DNA of 64,000 nucleotides from Mobula hypostoma (GCF_963921235.1 NC_086097.1:92878001-92942000); one strand, 5' to 3'. Shown: positions 37,501 through 49,400, numbered from the stretch's first letter. A program made the numbers and translations. Notes: a model not told the origin generated them from the sequence alone.

Positions 37501-38185
37501 AGTGTTTTATTTCTATTCTGACATGTTCCAGCACTTATCCAATGAACTTCGCTAATTCCCATGATGTTAATCTTTAGTCTTTCCATTTCATTTATCACAT
37601 TGTCCAATCTTCCTGCTTGATATAGGGTTCTTACATTCCAAGTGGCAATAATTTTCTTTTGTGTTACTTGAATTTTATGAGCAGTAGCTTGATGACGGTC
37701 GGGGATCCCCTGCTGACCAGAATCAATCCTACTGAGCAAAGCATCTTCGGAGTTGTCTTGAAGATACTCTTGATGCTGCTGTTGTGTGATACATTTTGAG
37801 AGTTTGACCATGGTTTTCTTAGTAAATAGATTTCAGCAAACACAGTAGCTAGCAACGGTGGTTTGCTATTGCCTTCCGTTGGGCGAACTAAAAAAATCGC
37901 CACTTCTCTTCCCAAATGTTCATCCACCTGTACTATAGCCGTTGACATTTGAGGTCCTAGCTCATCCACCTTCTCCATCATAAGTTCAGTTACAGAACCT
38001 GCCGGATCTGTCGTTGCCTTTGCTCATATCCTGAGCAGGAACCCTTGCAGGTGCTACTGTTCCGGGTCAGAGCGGCCCTGGGAGCAATGAATGACTAAGG
38101 GGTAACTCCACTTTCCCCAAAGCTCTGAAAGTCCCCAATCAGAACCTCATCACCAGTTGCAGTTTAGAGTGATACCCAGGATATT
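34501..38185 (-). mobile_element. Near full-length RTE-clade (BovB/Expander-like) LINE, inactivated
   Basis: AP endonuclease IATWNVRTLY, GISEVHW, DLNVKVG, TWKSPG..RNQIDFI, SDHNPV; RT KAAGPD, HRTISLMS, EQCGF, FIDHTKAFDKV, YVDD; YPVMLYGSECW; (GAT)n 3' tail; several stops and frameshifts. Confidence 0.95.
35072..35363 (-). mobile_element. Young tRNA-derived SINE with A-tail inserted in the RTE; 14-bp TSD
   Basis: TSD TCACCCAGCTTCCT at 35058-35071 and 35364-35377; A-box-like TGGCGCAATG; (GCACAC)n tract; CpG retained. Confidence 0.85.
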
Positions 38186-38748
38186 GACCTTATCAGCCCT
38201 GGCTAGCTGAATGATGAGGGGTTGCCCACAAAATCCCTCAAGAGACCACAGCCATCTTGTGTCTACAGCTTAGCCTGCTGTTAATGCCATCATAGGTTTA
38301 AAAACCATAAGAATGTCTCTGACGATCAGAATCAATTGAAATAGGTAAAGCTAGAATTAAAATGTTAAAAATAATTAACTTTTTCTTTACATAAACGAAG
38401 TACTAAATCAACTAACACAATTTAAAAGTTCTCTTAAATCATGATAGGATATTCTACTTCCTTTTCCCACTGATATCCTATAATTCAGGATAATGTGTGC
38501 AAGGTCTCTGATCCTGAATGGTTAAGCTCAGTACTGGCACTTGTGTGGGAAGCTCAAAGTTTTCCAACACCTTCTCTGAGAGGTGCTTGCTTTTTAGTGC
38601 CAGTATTTAGCAGCCACGTTCAGGCTATCCTGTCACTAAGTTCCTGGGATGTGATCAACAGAGCTGTTCAAACTGGTCCAGAAACAGGCCGGACTTCTTT
38701 CTTAGCATGGCTCCGCTGAAGACTTAGATGATTCTTCTTTCTTCTTAA

Positions 38749-39610
38749 CTCGGATGAGTTTGAGTACAGAGAGGAAGTTAAGAACCTGGTGGCATGGTGT
38801 GAAGACAATAACCTATCCCTCAACATCAGCAAGACGAAGGAATTGGTTGTTGACTTCAGAAGGAATAGCGGACCGCACGACCCCATTTACATCGGTGCTA
38901 CGCAAGTGGAACAGGTCAAAAGCTTTAAGTTCCTCAGGGTCAATATCACAAATGACCTGACTTGGTCCAACCAAGCAGAGTCCACTGTCCAGAAGGCCCA
39001 CCAGCGCCTTTACTTCCTGAGGAAGCTAAAGAAATTTGGCCTGTCCCCTAAAACCATCACTTAATTTTTATAGATGCACCGTAGAAAGCATTCTTCTAGG
39101 GTGCATCACAACCTGGTATGGAAGTTGTCCTGTCCAAGACCGGAAGAAGCTGCAGAAGATCGTGTACACGGCGCAGCACATCACACAAACCAATCTTCTG
39201 TCCTTGGACTCACTTTACACTGCACGCTGTCGGAGCAGTGCTGCCAGGATAATCAAGGACTCGACCCACCCAGCCAACACACTTTTCATCCCTCTTCCCT
39301 CTGGGAGAAGGCTCAGGAGCTTGAAGACTCATACGGCCAGATTTGGGAACAGCTTCTTTCCAACTGTGATAAGACTGCTGAACGGATCCTGACCCGGATC
39401 TGGGCTGTACCCTCCAAATATCCGGACCTGCCTCTCGGTTTTTTTTGCACTACCTTACTTTCCCTTTTCTATTTTCTATTTATGATTTATAATTTAAATT
39501 TTTAATATTTACTATTGATTTGTACTCCAGGGAGCACGAAGCGCAGAGTCAAATATCGCTGTGATGAATGTACATTCTAGCATCAATTGTTTGGCGACAA
39601 AGAAGTATAA
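38749..39610 (+). mobile_element. Young 5'-truncated Rex1/Babar LINE
   Basis: WCEDNNLSLNISKTKELVVDFRR, RLYFLRKLKKFGL, CTVESIL, LPSGRRLRS, SFFPTVIRLLN; AAGTA-type tail. Confidence 0.93.
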
Positions 39611-39690
39611 AGTACCTGACTGTGGGCGTTTTGCTTGCACGCAGCTTGTGGTGAGGCTGTGGTCCACTGCTTGTGGCAGAGCCGTGAGAA
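39611..39690 (-). pseudogene. Candidate exon (VLTALPQAVDHSLTTSCVQAKRPQSGT) cut by the Rex1 insertion and resuming at 38748
   Basis: TTTCTCTCTGATCAGGCAG acceptor; excising Rex1 at the shared TAA fuses it in frame to LRRKKNHLSLQRSHAKKEVRPVSGPV*. Confidence 0.3.
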
Positions 39691-39889
39691 CCTGCCTGAT
39701 CAGAGAGAAAGCTGCAATGTACAGCCGCCCAGGAAATGATACCAGCAGCTTCAGGTATCTGCAGCTTTGACTGCAAGCATCAGCACACTGTCCTCCAGAG
39801 AATGGCAGCTTGGCGCTGCAATTCTGTTCCTGGAGGGGCTGCAGCTCATATCTTATGGCAGGACCAGTCACTCAGATGCGTAAAGCACA

Positions 39890-40180
39890 ATGAAGATACA
39901 AGATTATGAGGGGTATTAGTAGGATGGAGGCATACAGGCTTTTTCCCCTCTGGGTGGGTGAGACTAGAACAGGGGTCATAGGTTTAGGATGAAGGATGAA
40001 ATATTTAAGGGGAATCTCTTCACTCAGAGGGCGGAAGTGGTAGATGTGGGTTCGATCGCAACATTTAAGAAAAGTTTGGTTAGGTACATGGATGAGAGAT
40101 GGACAGAGGACTGGGCACTAAAACAGATTGGTATGGACTAGATGGGGCAAAGGGCCTGTTTTTGTGCTCTATGACTCTAT
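39890..40180 (+). mobile_element. CR1 3' fragment
   Basis: TACAAGATTATGAGGGG..GGTCATAGG..CTTCACTCAGAGGG..GGGCCTGTTT..CTATGACTCTAT. Confidence 0.75.
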
Positions 40181-40279
40181 AAATCCACTGACAAGGAAAG
40201 TGAGTATCCTCTCCCTGCCCAAGTCACAAAAGCTTGACACAGGTTCAATGTTAACATTTAAGGGGAGATTCAATAAGTT

Positions 40280-41010
40280 TCAGTAGGTACATTTAATGTC
40301 AGAGAATACACATCTTGAAATTGCTTTTCTTCACAAACATCCACAAAAACAGAGGAGTGCCCCAAAGAATGAATGCCAATTAAATGTTAGAATCCCAAAG
40401 ACACCCCCCCATGAGCAAGCGGAAGCAAGCAACGATACCCCCTTCCCCCACCAGCAAAAAGCATTGGCACCCACCACCGAGCACTCAAGCGTGCAGCAAA
40501 GCATCAATAAAGACACAGACTTGCAGTACCCCAAAGGCTACTCATTCACCCGGTATGCGACATACCACAGGCTCTCTCTCTCTAATAAAGGAAAAAGAGG
40601 TGTCCCGGTTTCACAACGAGAGGGGAGACATAACAAAACAACTCGCCAATTATGGTGTTAAAAGTCTGTTGCATCGCTTTTTCTGAGCTCTGTGCCCAAA
40701 GAACTCGAGTCCCTGGGCACACAGCCAGCAGCCAGCTCACTGCTTTCGATCTTCCATGTACTCCCACGACACATCAGGTGGCATCACTGATCTCGAAACC
40801 GCCCGCCTCCAGAGCCACGAAAATATGCCACCCTGAACGCACGCCAGTCTTCCAGGCCACATCCTTGGCATATCGAAAAGCGGTTGTGAGGCCCATTTCC
40901 ACAAGGAACCGAAGTCAGAGTGTAACTCCAGGTCAGGGTCTTCAAAAGAACCCTGGAAAGGAAAAAAAAAGAGATATTAAGGATAGAAATAGAGCTGTTT
41001 GGATAGGCTC
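40280..41010 (-). mobile_element. Non-coding retroposon (second non-autonomous family)
   Basis: Tail GGTACATTTAATGTCAGAGAA and 5' GGAAAAAAAAAGAGATATTAA..AGAGCTGTTT resemble the split element at 51756-51830 / 58295-58635. Confidence 0.5.
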
Positions 41011-41760
41011 ATGAAAGGGAGGGTCTTGAAGGAACCTGGTCTGCATGCTGATGGGCAGGACTATGCAGAAAATCAGGTTGGCATGGACCAGATGGGCCAA
41101 AGGGCTTGTTTACAGTATTCTATGCCTCTAAGAGAAACAGAAGGGGAAAAAATGAGTGGCTTCTAATCTGTGACCTGCACAATGAAATCTTAACCCCAGT
41201 CAACTTTTCAAATCCCTCACTGGGGACCTTTACCAGAAACTCCAGGAGCTTCCTCACACCTAGTCTCTCCAAACCATTCTTACTCACACTTTCACAGCTT
41301 TCCACCACCGTCCCGTTGGAATCTTTGGGCACGGCAAATCTGTCAGATAGGCCCAAGAGAATTCAGCAGGAAAAGGCGCTGGGGTACTGATCTGTGAAGG
41401 CCTATCATGCTATCAGGTCAAGCATGGACAAGATTACCCTCCCTCAGCCAATAATCAGTGCACCCTCCTCCTTCTTGAGAAGGACCAAGGTAGGAGGCAC
41501 AGAATGAGCCTTCCAGATATCATTACCAGAAGCTGGGTGGGAGAATCACTAACAGAGCTGTCACAGTGCTGGAGGTGGGTCACCAGGCAGGGAGACATGA
41601 AAGAGTAACCTACTTCCTCATAATCTATTGATTGTGGTTGCAACTATCCAAGAGTCATTGGGTGTGATCATCGCACAGTGTTGTGTAGTCAAAACTCAGT
41701 CGAGATCATGCTCCCTCACATTAAATGATAAGGACTACGAATGTATCTGGCTACTCAAAC

Positions 41761-42100
41761 CTGAACATGAGCTTGACGCAATGGCCCACTGGATATGTCT
41801 TCTCTGATACTCCCTCCGTCTCCCTTAGGCACCCCTTTCGACAACTTGCTTCTACTCCAGCTTCTGAGATGCCTGATGAGGCCATTGTGAGAACGCAGGC
41901 TCTGCCACAGGTGGGGTAAGGGTTGTTTAAACAGGCTGCTGCTCAGGGAATTGTTATGCTCTCTCCCGTTAACACTGGGCCTCTGCGTGCTGGGGACTGG
42001 TGATTTCCTGATGAGGTTCTCAGGACCATCCTCGATGTTTCTTCTCTCTTTTGAGAGATTGTAGGACAAATATTCCTCGGAATCCATGAAATTGTTCATC
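41761..42100 (-). pseudogene. Candidate 340-nt exon of an unidentified host gene or pseudogene (MNNFMDSEEYLSYNLSKERRNIEDG...AHVQ)
   Basis: Unique sequence, 113 open codons, TTTGTTGAACAG acceptor, CAG|GTTTGA donor; phase 2 start matches the 42563 exon. Confidence 0.4.
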
Positions 42101-42119
42101 CTGTTCAACAAAGTATCAT

Positions 42120-42410
42120 CAGTCCCTGATGATGGATGCTGCTTTCCTGTGACAATGATTCCTGTAGATGTGCTTAATGGTGGGGAGGGCTTTACCCGTG
42201 ATGGACTGGGCCGTGTCCACTACTTTTTATAGAATTTCTGCTCAAGGGCATTGGTGTTTCTGTAGCAGGCTGTGATGGAGCCAGTCAACATACTCTCCAC
42301 TACACACCAAAAGAAGTTTGTTAGAGTTATAGATTTCATGCCGCATCTCCGCCAGCTGCTAAGGAAGTAGAGGTGCTGCCACACTTTCTTCATAATTGCA
42401 CTTACGTGCT
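42120..42410 (-). mobile_element. Rex1/Babar fragment
   Basis: QHLYFLSSWRRCGM..CVVESMLTGSITACY. Confidence 0.75.
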
Positions 42411-42562
42411 TACAAGACTTGGCTTGTCTCTGGAGGGAATTATACATCCGCCTGGGTCAAGTTGAAATGCCAGTGTAGGTGCAGTGTTAAATCCTTGCAC
42501 CGAATGAACCGTGTCTGGCACCACGTTGAATCTGATCCCATCTGCATCCCCGAGATGCTCAC

Positions 42563-42699
42563 CATGACCGGTTCACCCACAGCTGATGCCTCTTCCCTAT
42601 GCATTCTTTGTTGAGTGGACTATTGAATCCACATTGTACGCACACTCTCCTCTATGCAAAGGTTTCTGCATCAGCCAGTGATGTTACCATCCACAATAC
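42563..42699 (-). pseudogene. Candidate exon (VLWMVTSLADAETFA*RRVCVQCGFNSPLNKECIGKRHQLWVNRS)
   Basis: TG|GTGAGC donor; acceptor GTTTCAG (exon includes a TAG) or TTTGCATAG at 42651 (stop-free); phase 0 to 2. Confidence 0.3.
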
Positions 42700-42789
42700 C
42701 TGAAACATCTAAGCCACCCATCTGCACTCTCCCATTCATGTCACACTCCACACTGTAGGTGCTGCCTACTATACTATCTCACGTTTCCA

Positions 42790-43128
42790 GCCTGTCCTTG
42801 GACATCTCACCCCCTTCTTCCCACCCGCCCATCGCTTCCCTCTGGATACCCTCTTTGCTTTCTTCCATCGTCCTATTAGATCCCTTCCTCTTCAGCCCTT
42901 TACCTCTTCCATCTACCCTGTCCCAACTTCTTACTTCATATCCCCTCCCCCATTTACGTTACCATCCACTTTCTCCTTCACCTGGTCTTACCTCTCGCCT
43001 GCCAGCTTGCACTCCTTCCCCCCCCCCCCAACTTCTTATTCTGGCTTCTGTCTGCAATGTCGACTGTTTATTCCCCTTCGTAGATGCTGCCTGACTTGCT
43101 GAGTTTCTCCAGCATTTTGAGTGTGTTC
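42790..43128 (+). mobile_element. Old PLE 3'/pLTR fragment, hammerhead core deleted
   Basis: Pyrimidine tract then GTCGACTG..TAGATGCTGCCTGACTTGCTGAG..CCAGCATTTT. Confidence 0.7.
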
Positions 43129-43291
43129 TTTGGACATCGGTGTGTCAGTGTGTATCTGAATGTGTTTTCGTTCATGTAGCTCTGTCTTTTGTAGTTTCTG
43201 ATTGCTCAGCCTGGGCTGACAGGTTGCCACCAGTCTCTCTGATTTACTCACCTCCTTCAAGACTATGCCTCAGGTCCGTATCCGGTCATAC

Positions 43292-43463
43292 CTTTGTGAG
43301 CAATCTAACCACCCCCTCTGTGACTCATCTGATGATGCCCCCGAGAAGCTGTTTGGTGCATTTCATCACATTACCCTTCAAAGGTGTTTCCTCAGGATTA
43401 AAGGTGATCTGTTTCCACTCCACCTTTGTGGATTGCGAGGTGCTTATGAGGCCAGTGTGGTAC
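43292..43463 (-). pseudogene. Candidate exon (YHTGLISTSQSTKVEWKQITF...GGIIR*VTEGVVRLLTK)
   Basis: Weak CTGCAG acceptor, AAG|GTATGA donor, phase 2 to 0, one TGA at 43325-43327; a shorter stop-free form would end at 43424. Confidence 0.28.
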
Positions 43464-43543
43464 CTGCAGCCTCTTACACAGGCAGCAAGCGACTGATGGG
43501 GCAGGGCAGGTGCAGGCCTTGTTCGGAGCTGCACTCACTTTAC

Positions 43544-43678
43544 CACTTCCATGGGGCATCTTTGTGCTCCCACTGCTTGGCCTCGAGGTTCTCAACGTCA
43601 TACTGAATACTCCTCCTCCATTTTGAGCGGCCACAAGCCAGAGGTTCCCAGAGGACAGTGCACATTTCACACTTCTTC
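43544..43678 (-). pseudogene. Candidate exon (KKCEMCTVLWEPLACGRSKWRRSIQYDVENLEAKQWEHKDAPWK)
   Basis: CCTCCTTAG acceptor, TG|GTAAAG donor, 135 nt, phase 2 to 2; an alternative frame using the GTGAGT donor at 43538 is also open. Confidence 0.3.
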
Positions 43679-43919
43679 CTAAGGAGGCGCCCATGTCTCA
43701 CATAGAAGCCGGATGGTGTATTTCACAAATAATTCTACTTCAGAAGCGAGAGTGCTTCAAATCCGGGAAATTACAGATCCCCATTAGTAACCATAGATCA
43801 GTTAAGAAAGTAGGAAAGGATCTGAGCAGAGATCTGATGGCAGCTCTGGGCAGGTTGAAACGTGTTTGCAGCTGATGCACACGCCAGTTCTCATTTCAGA
43901 ATGCTGTGTTACGGTGAAA

Positions 43920-44573
43920 CTCCGTGCATTTTAGATTGCACAGGATTTACCCTTCTGTCTTGCCAGTGTGTGACAGATGCCAAGGGACGGAAGCCACGTT
44001 GTCACACACCTTTTGGTTTTGCCCATTAATGACTGGATTTTGGTCCAAAATATTTGACTGGTCCTCAAAGGCCTATAAAAGATCCTTCCCCTTGGAAGCT
44101 GGTCTGGCTATATTTGGCTGCTCGCAATCTACTATTTGTTTCCCTGCAGCCATACAACAGTCTCTGATGCTGGGGATGATTGTCGCCAAAAGACTTACCT
44201 TGAGAGAATGGAAATCACCTTCTCCCTCTTCCTTTCGGAGATGGATGGCTGATACGATCTCAGTCATACAGATGGAGAAACTTAGGTTCTTGAGAAGCAA
44301 TTCAATTAAAAAAATTTCGGCTATCTGGGATCCATTTCTTGCCTACCTGGATGAGGCCGGAGGCAGATGAGCTATTTCCCCCCAGCTGATTTCTCACAGC
44401 CCTCATTTGAGATTTAATGTTTAGTATTTTTGAGCACTTTGTACAATAGGCATTCCTCTAATGTTATGTCTCTTTGTTTTTGCTTATTTCATTTTTATAC
44501 ATGTCTGAGCTGGGATATTCTTGTTGATCTCATTGTTTTTTTGAAAATTTTGAAAATGAAGTATTACAAAAAA
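43920..44573 (+). mobile_element. L1-clade LINE 3' end (C-terminal zinc knuckle and 3' UTR)
   Basis: RLHRIYP..CDRC..TLSHTFWFC..FWSKI..IWDPFLAYL; T-rich UTR and A-tail remnant. Confidence 0.85.
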
Positions 44574-44964
44574 CATTGCAGCTGGCCAAGGTACAGACTT
44601 GAAAGGGGCACAGTCTGAAAACTACCCTCCTTGTCTGTGAAAACGTCTGTGTGCATTCACCCCATCCATGTTCCTCATGATTTAATACACCTCCATAAGG
44701 GCACCGTTTAGTCTCCTATGTTCCAAAGAATAGATTCTTCCCCTGGCCAACCTCTCCTTATTACACAGATCACTGAGTCCTGGCGGCATCCTCTATGATT
44801 TCTCTGCACTCTTTCCCGTTTAATGATATCTTTCCTATAACAAGGTAACCAAAAATGTACACAAGTCTTCAAGTATGGTCTCACTAATGTCTCGCACAAC
44901 TGCAGCATAACATCCCAGCTCCTCTACTCAATAGCCTGACCAATGAAGTCCAGTGTGACAGATA

Positions 44965-46998
44965 TCAGAATCTGAATCAGATTTAATGTCACTGGCATAT
45001 GTCGTGAAATTAGTTAACTTTGCGGCAGCAGTACAATGCAATACATTAGATTAGATTACTAGATTATGAGGACACGCAGTCCTTTTTTATTGTCATTTAG
45101 TAATGCATAGATTAAGAAATGAGACAATATTTCTCCGGTGTGATATCACAGAAACACAGGACAGACCAAGACTGAAAAACTGACAAAAACCACATAATTA
45201 TAACACATAGTTACAACAGTGCAACAATACCATAACTTGATGAAGAACAGGCCATGAGCATGGTAAAAAAGTTCAAAGTCTCTCGAAAGACCAGTCTGAC
45301 ATCTCACGCAGACGGGAGAAGGAAGAAAACTCTCCCAGCCATACCCGACCACAGTCCGACTCTGAGTCATCCGAAAACTTCAAGCTCCGACCAGCCCTCC
45401 GAAACCAAGCACCGAGCACCATCTCTGCCGAACGCTTCGACCCCAACCCCGGCCACCAGCAGCAGGCAAAGCCAAGGATTTTGGGGCCTTCCCTCCGGAG
45501 ATTCTCAATCGCACAGTAACAGCGGCAGCGAACTGGGCATTTCAGAAGTTACTCCAGATGTTCCTCCATGCTTCTCACGGCTGTCTCCATCAAATCAGAA
45601 TTGTGCAAGGTACCCTATTTAACAAATACGATATCATTTCACTGGAGAGGCTACGCCCGCTGCTTCACACCACCATCTTCTCCTCCCGCATGATAATACA
45701 GAAAAAGAAATAAAGTAGATCAATTACAGCAAGTGCATATATGCATATTAAATAGCTAAATTAAAAGAAGTTCAGTAACACAAATAATAAAATAAATGAG
45801 GTAGTGTTCATGGGTTCAGTATCTATTTAGGAATCAGATGGCAGAGGGGAAGAAGTTGTTCCTGAATCGCTGAGTGTGTGCCTTCAGGCTTCTGTACCTC
45901 CTTCCTGATGGTAACAATGAGAGAAGAGAGCATGTCCTGGCTGATGAGGGTTATTAATAATGGACGCTGCGTTTCTGAGACACTGCTCCTTGCAGATGTC
46001 TTGGATACTACTGAGGCTCATACCCATGATGGAACGGACTAATTTTCCAACTTTCTGTAGCTCCCTTCGATCCTGTGCAGTAGCCTCTGTCCCCCGCACC
46101 CCATACCGGACAGTGATGTAGCCTGTCAGAATGCTCTCCATGGTACAACTGTAGGAGTTTTCAGTGCTTTAGGTGACAGTACAAATCTCCTCAAGCTCCT
46201 AATGAAACATAGCTGCCAGCTTGCCTTCTTTATAACTGCATCGATATGTTGGGATCAGGTTGGATCCTCACATATCTTGACACCCTGGAACTTGAGATTG
46301 CTCACTCTCTCCAATTCTGATCCCTCTATGAGGATTGGTTCATGATCCCTCGTCCTACCCTTTCTGAAGTCCACAATCAGCTCTTTGGTCTTTCTGAGAT
46401 TGAGTGCCAGGTTGTTGCTGCATAACCACTCAACTAGCTGATATATCTCACTCCTGTACGCCTTCTCATCTCCATCTGAGATTCTGCCAACAATGGTTGT
46501 ATCATCAGCAAATTTATAGATAGTATTTGAGCCATGCCTAGCCACACGATCATGGGTATAGAGGGAGTAGAGCAGTGGGTTAAGCACACATTGTGAGGTG
46601 CGCCAGTGCTGATCATCACCAAGGAGGAGATACTATTACCAATCAGCCCAGATCGTCATCTTCTGGTTAGGAAGTCAAGGATCCAATTGAAGAGGGAGCC
46701 ACAGAGGCCCAGGTTCTGTATCCTATTGATCAGGACTGTAGGAAAGATGCTGTTAAATGCAGAGCTGTAGGCAAGGAACAGAAACCTGACATTCGTGTTT
46801 GAATTATCCAGCTGATCTAAGGCTACGTGAAGAGCCATTGAGATTACGTCTGCCGTAGACTTGTTGTGACGAAAGGCAAATGGCAGTGGGTCCAGGTCTT
46901 TGCTGAGGCAGGAGTTCAGTCTAGCGATGATCAACCTCTCAAAGCATTTCATCACCATGGATGTGACTGCTACTGGACAATAGTCATTAGGGCAGCTC
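44965..46998 (-). mobile_element. Rex1/Babar LINE (RT to tail)
   Basis: NDYCPVAVTS..MKCFERL, YSSAFNSI, LLYSLYTHD, YKFADDTT, KTKELIVDFRK, ESILTGYIT; TCAGAATCTGAATCAG tail. Confidence 0.92.
45046..45690 (-). mobile_element. Non-coding CpG-rich retroposon (family copy 2) inserted in the Rex1 3' UTR
   Basis: Colinear with 24075..24690; TTAGA repeat tail. Confidence 0.75.
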
Positions 46999-47639
46999 AC
47001 ATCTTCTTCAGCCCCCCATCTACCTGTGATGCTGCTTTCAGCAACCTGTGTACCTTGGTCTCTCTGTTCCACTATACTTCCCAGGGCCTGACCATCCACT
47101 CTTTAAAACTTAACCCCGTTTGACATCCTAAAGTGCAACACTTCACACTTAACCAAATTGAAAGCCATTTGCCGATCTTTAACACACTTACAAAGCTGAT
47201 TAAGAACAGTCCAAATTTTCTGATAACCCTCTTCACTGTCTATGATATTTCAGAGTCATCTGCAAAGTTACTAACCATGACATTCACATCAAAATCATTT
47301 ATATAAATTGTAAACAACAAAGGTCCCACCACTGACTCCTTTAGCATACCACTAGTCGCACCCTCCAGTTGAAGAAACAACCTTCAACCATCACTCTTTG
47401 CTTCTTACCATTGAGCTAATTACAAATCCAATTATCTCTTTTGCCTGGACCCAATGCAGTCTAACCTTTTACATGGTCCTCTTTTAGCACCAGGAACTGA
47501 CACGATCTGCAAGGAGAAACTCACCTACCAACTTATAGCTTTGCATTAATTTGGATATTTAGGTGTGGCTAAAGTAAACACATAGGAATTGGCTATCATA
47601 AGAAGTTAGGGGATGGAGTGAATTGAGTATTATTGGTGC

Positions 47640-48240
47640 CTGTAGCCTTTGTCAAAGCTGGAGACCAACCACAGCCTCAGCTCAGATCACCAGCAAGCTT
47701 GTTCATCCTGGCATCTGACTGGCAACTATGTTGATCTTGGCAAGCAATTAAAGTTACCTGACTATGTCATATTATCATCACTGAGGCCTGACATGGTCAT
47801 CCTGTCAGAAACCTCATGGTAGAACTGACGGTGCCTTGAGAAGGCCGGATTGAGGAGGCATTTTGAGCGTAAGAAGGCCCAGTACCAGGAACTGGTACAT
47901 CAGTGCCAGAAACAGGGGTGGAGAGCACTTTGTGAGCCTATGGACGTGGGGTGTCGAGGTTTTGCTGGCTGCTCACCCTGCAAAGCCTACTCTCTCCTAG
48001 GCATAACGGGAGCTTCAAAAGGAGAATCCATCAGGACTATCACAGAGGCTGCTGGGCGAGTCTCCTGATGGCTCTGGATCGAGAGGTGTGACCCATGAAC
48101 CAAGTCTGCTGAGGCACGAGCCAGACCTGATCCACGGTGACTGGGTCGCCTGGGCGAGGGTGTCTCACATTGAAAAACTCGAACCACCCAGTGATCCCAG
48201 GTTACATCGCTGATGGTGTGTCCCAGTGCATCCTAGGATG
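47640..48240 (+). mobile_element. Hero (R2-group) non-LTR retrotransposon 3' end with restriction-like endonuclease
   Basis: DLGKQLK..LRPDMVI..ELTVP*E..FERKKAQYQEL..GW..DVGCRGF (PD..(D/E)xK-type domain). Confidence 0.85.
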
Positions 48241-48589
48241 GGTCTTAGTATTTAGTGGGCAGAAGCTTCTCATTTTAAAAGCATCATTACATTGTAATTT
48301 TAAGATCCTGCACACTTGGCTGCCCTGATAGCCGTGGAACATATTAGGACCATAAGAATGAAAGGCAGGAGTTCTGATGGTAGGCCATTAACCCACAACT
48401 TCCTCTCTCCACAGATGGTACCTTTCCAGCTAAGCATCTCCAATATTCACTGCTTCAGAGGTAGCCCATAGAGCTACTCATAAGATCTCAGAGACTATAA
48501 CAAATACAGTTGTGAGCGGAATGGATGAGATAGATGTGAAGTAACTGTTTCCTTATGGCTGAGTCCAGAACAAGGAATGAGGATGAAAA

Positions 48590-48700
48590 AAAAACTGCAG
48601 ATGCTGGAAACCTGAAATAAAAATTCCAAGTGTTGGAAACCCTCAGCAAATCAGGCAGCATTTGTGGAAAGGGAAACTGCTCATATTTCAGGTCTAGGAT
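48590..48700 (-). mobile_element. Old PLE pLTR fragment
   Basis: CTGCAGATGCTGGAAA..CTCAGCAAATCAGGCAGCAT. Confidence 0.6.
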
Positions 48701-48702
48701 CT

Positions 48703-49400
48703 ATTGGAGTATTGTACAGAGTTTTGGTCACCCTGTAATAGGAAAAATGTTATGAAGCTGGAAAGAATACTGAAGAGGATTTACCAGGATGTTTGCCTGG
48801 ACTTGGGGGCTTGAGAAGGGGTTGTGAAGACTCAGACTTTATTCCCTGGAACATGGGAAATTGAGTGGTGACTTGACAAAGGATTGTAAAAAAACAAAGG
48901 ACAGGATGAAAACACAGAGTCTTTTTCCCGGGGAAGAGTTGCTAAAAACAAAAGAGCACAGGTTTAAGATCATAGGCAAGGGATTTAAAAGGGATATTAG
49001 TGGCAGCTTTTTCATGCAAAGCATGGTGCATATTTAGAATGCAGTGCCAGAAACAGTGGTTGAGGTGGGAACATTGTAAGCCATCTCCAGTACATGGATA
49101 GGAGGGTTTAGAAGGCTCTGGGTAATTACAGGCAAATAGGATGAGCTCACTGGTCAACACAGTCAGCACATCGTGGGAGAGTCACAAACAAGGGAACACG
49201 GCTGCAGAGTAAGAGGTATCATTAAAAACTGAGGTGCGTAGAAACTCTTTCCCGCAAAAGGGTGCTCAGTCTCTGGAATTCTCTGGTAGTGGGAGCCAGA
49301 CCATTAGAAATATTTAAGGTGGAGATAGTTAAATATTTGCAAGATAGAGGAATTGAGGCCTATAGGGAACTGGTGGCAGATCAAAGGTGGTAACAAATCA
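48703..49400 (+). mobile_element. Two old CR1 3' fragments
   Basis: GGAGTATTGT..GGATTTACCAGGATG..GAGCACAGGTTTAAG; CTCTGGAATTCTCT..ATTTAAGGTGGAGATAG. Confidence 0.65.

Larger units (their letters stand above)
44625..47470 (-). mobile_element. Old CR1 LINE split by Rex1 (pieces ~44625-44960 and ~47010-47470)
   Basis: MLQLCETLVRPYLKTCVHFWLPCYRKDIIK; GSIVEQRDQG; GTCATCTGCAAA encodes FADD on the minus strand. Confidence 0.7.

Noticed and set aside
48155..48225. Hammerhead-like motif in the Hero 3' UTR
   Set aside because: No intact CUGANGA and GAAA boxes with compatible stems
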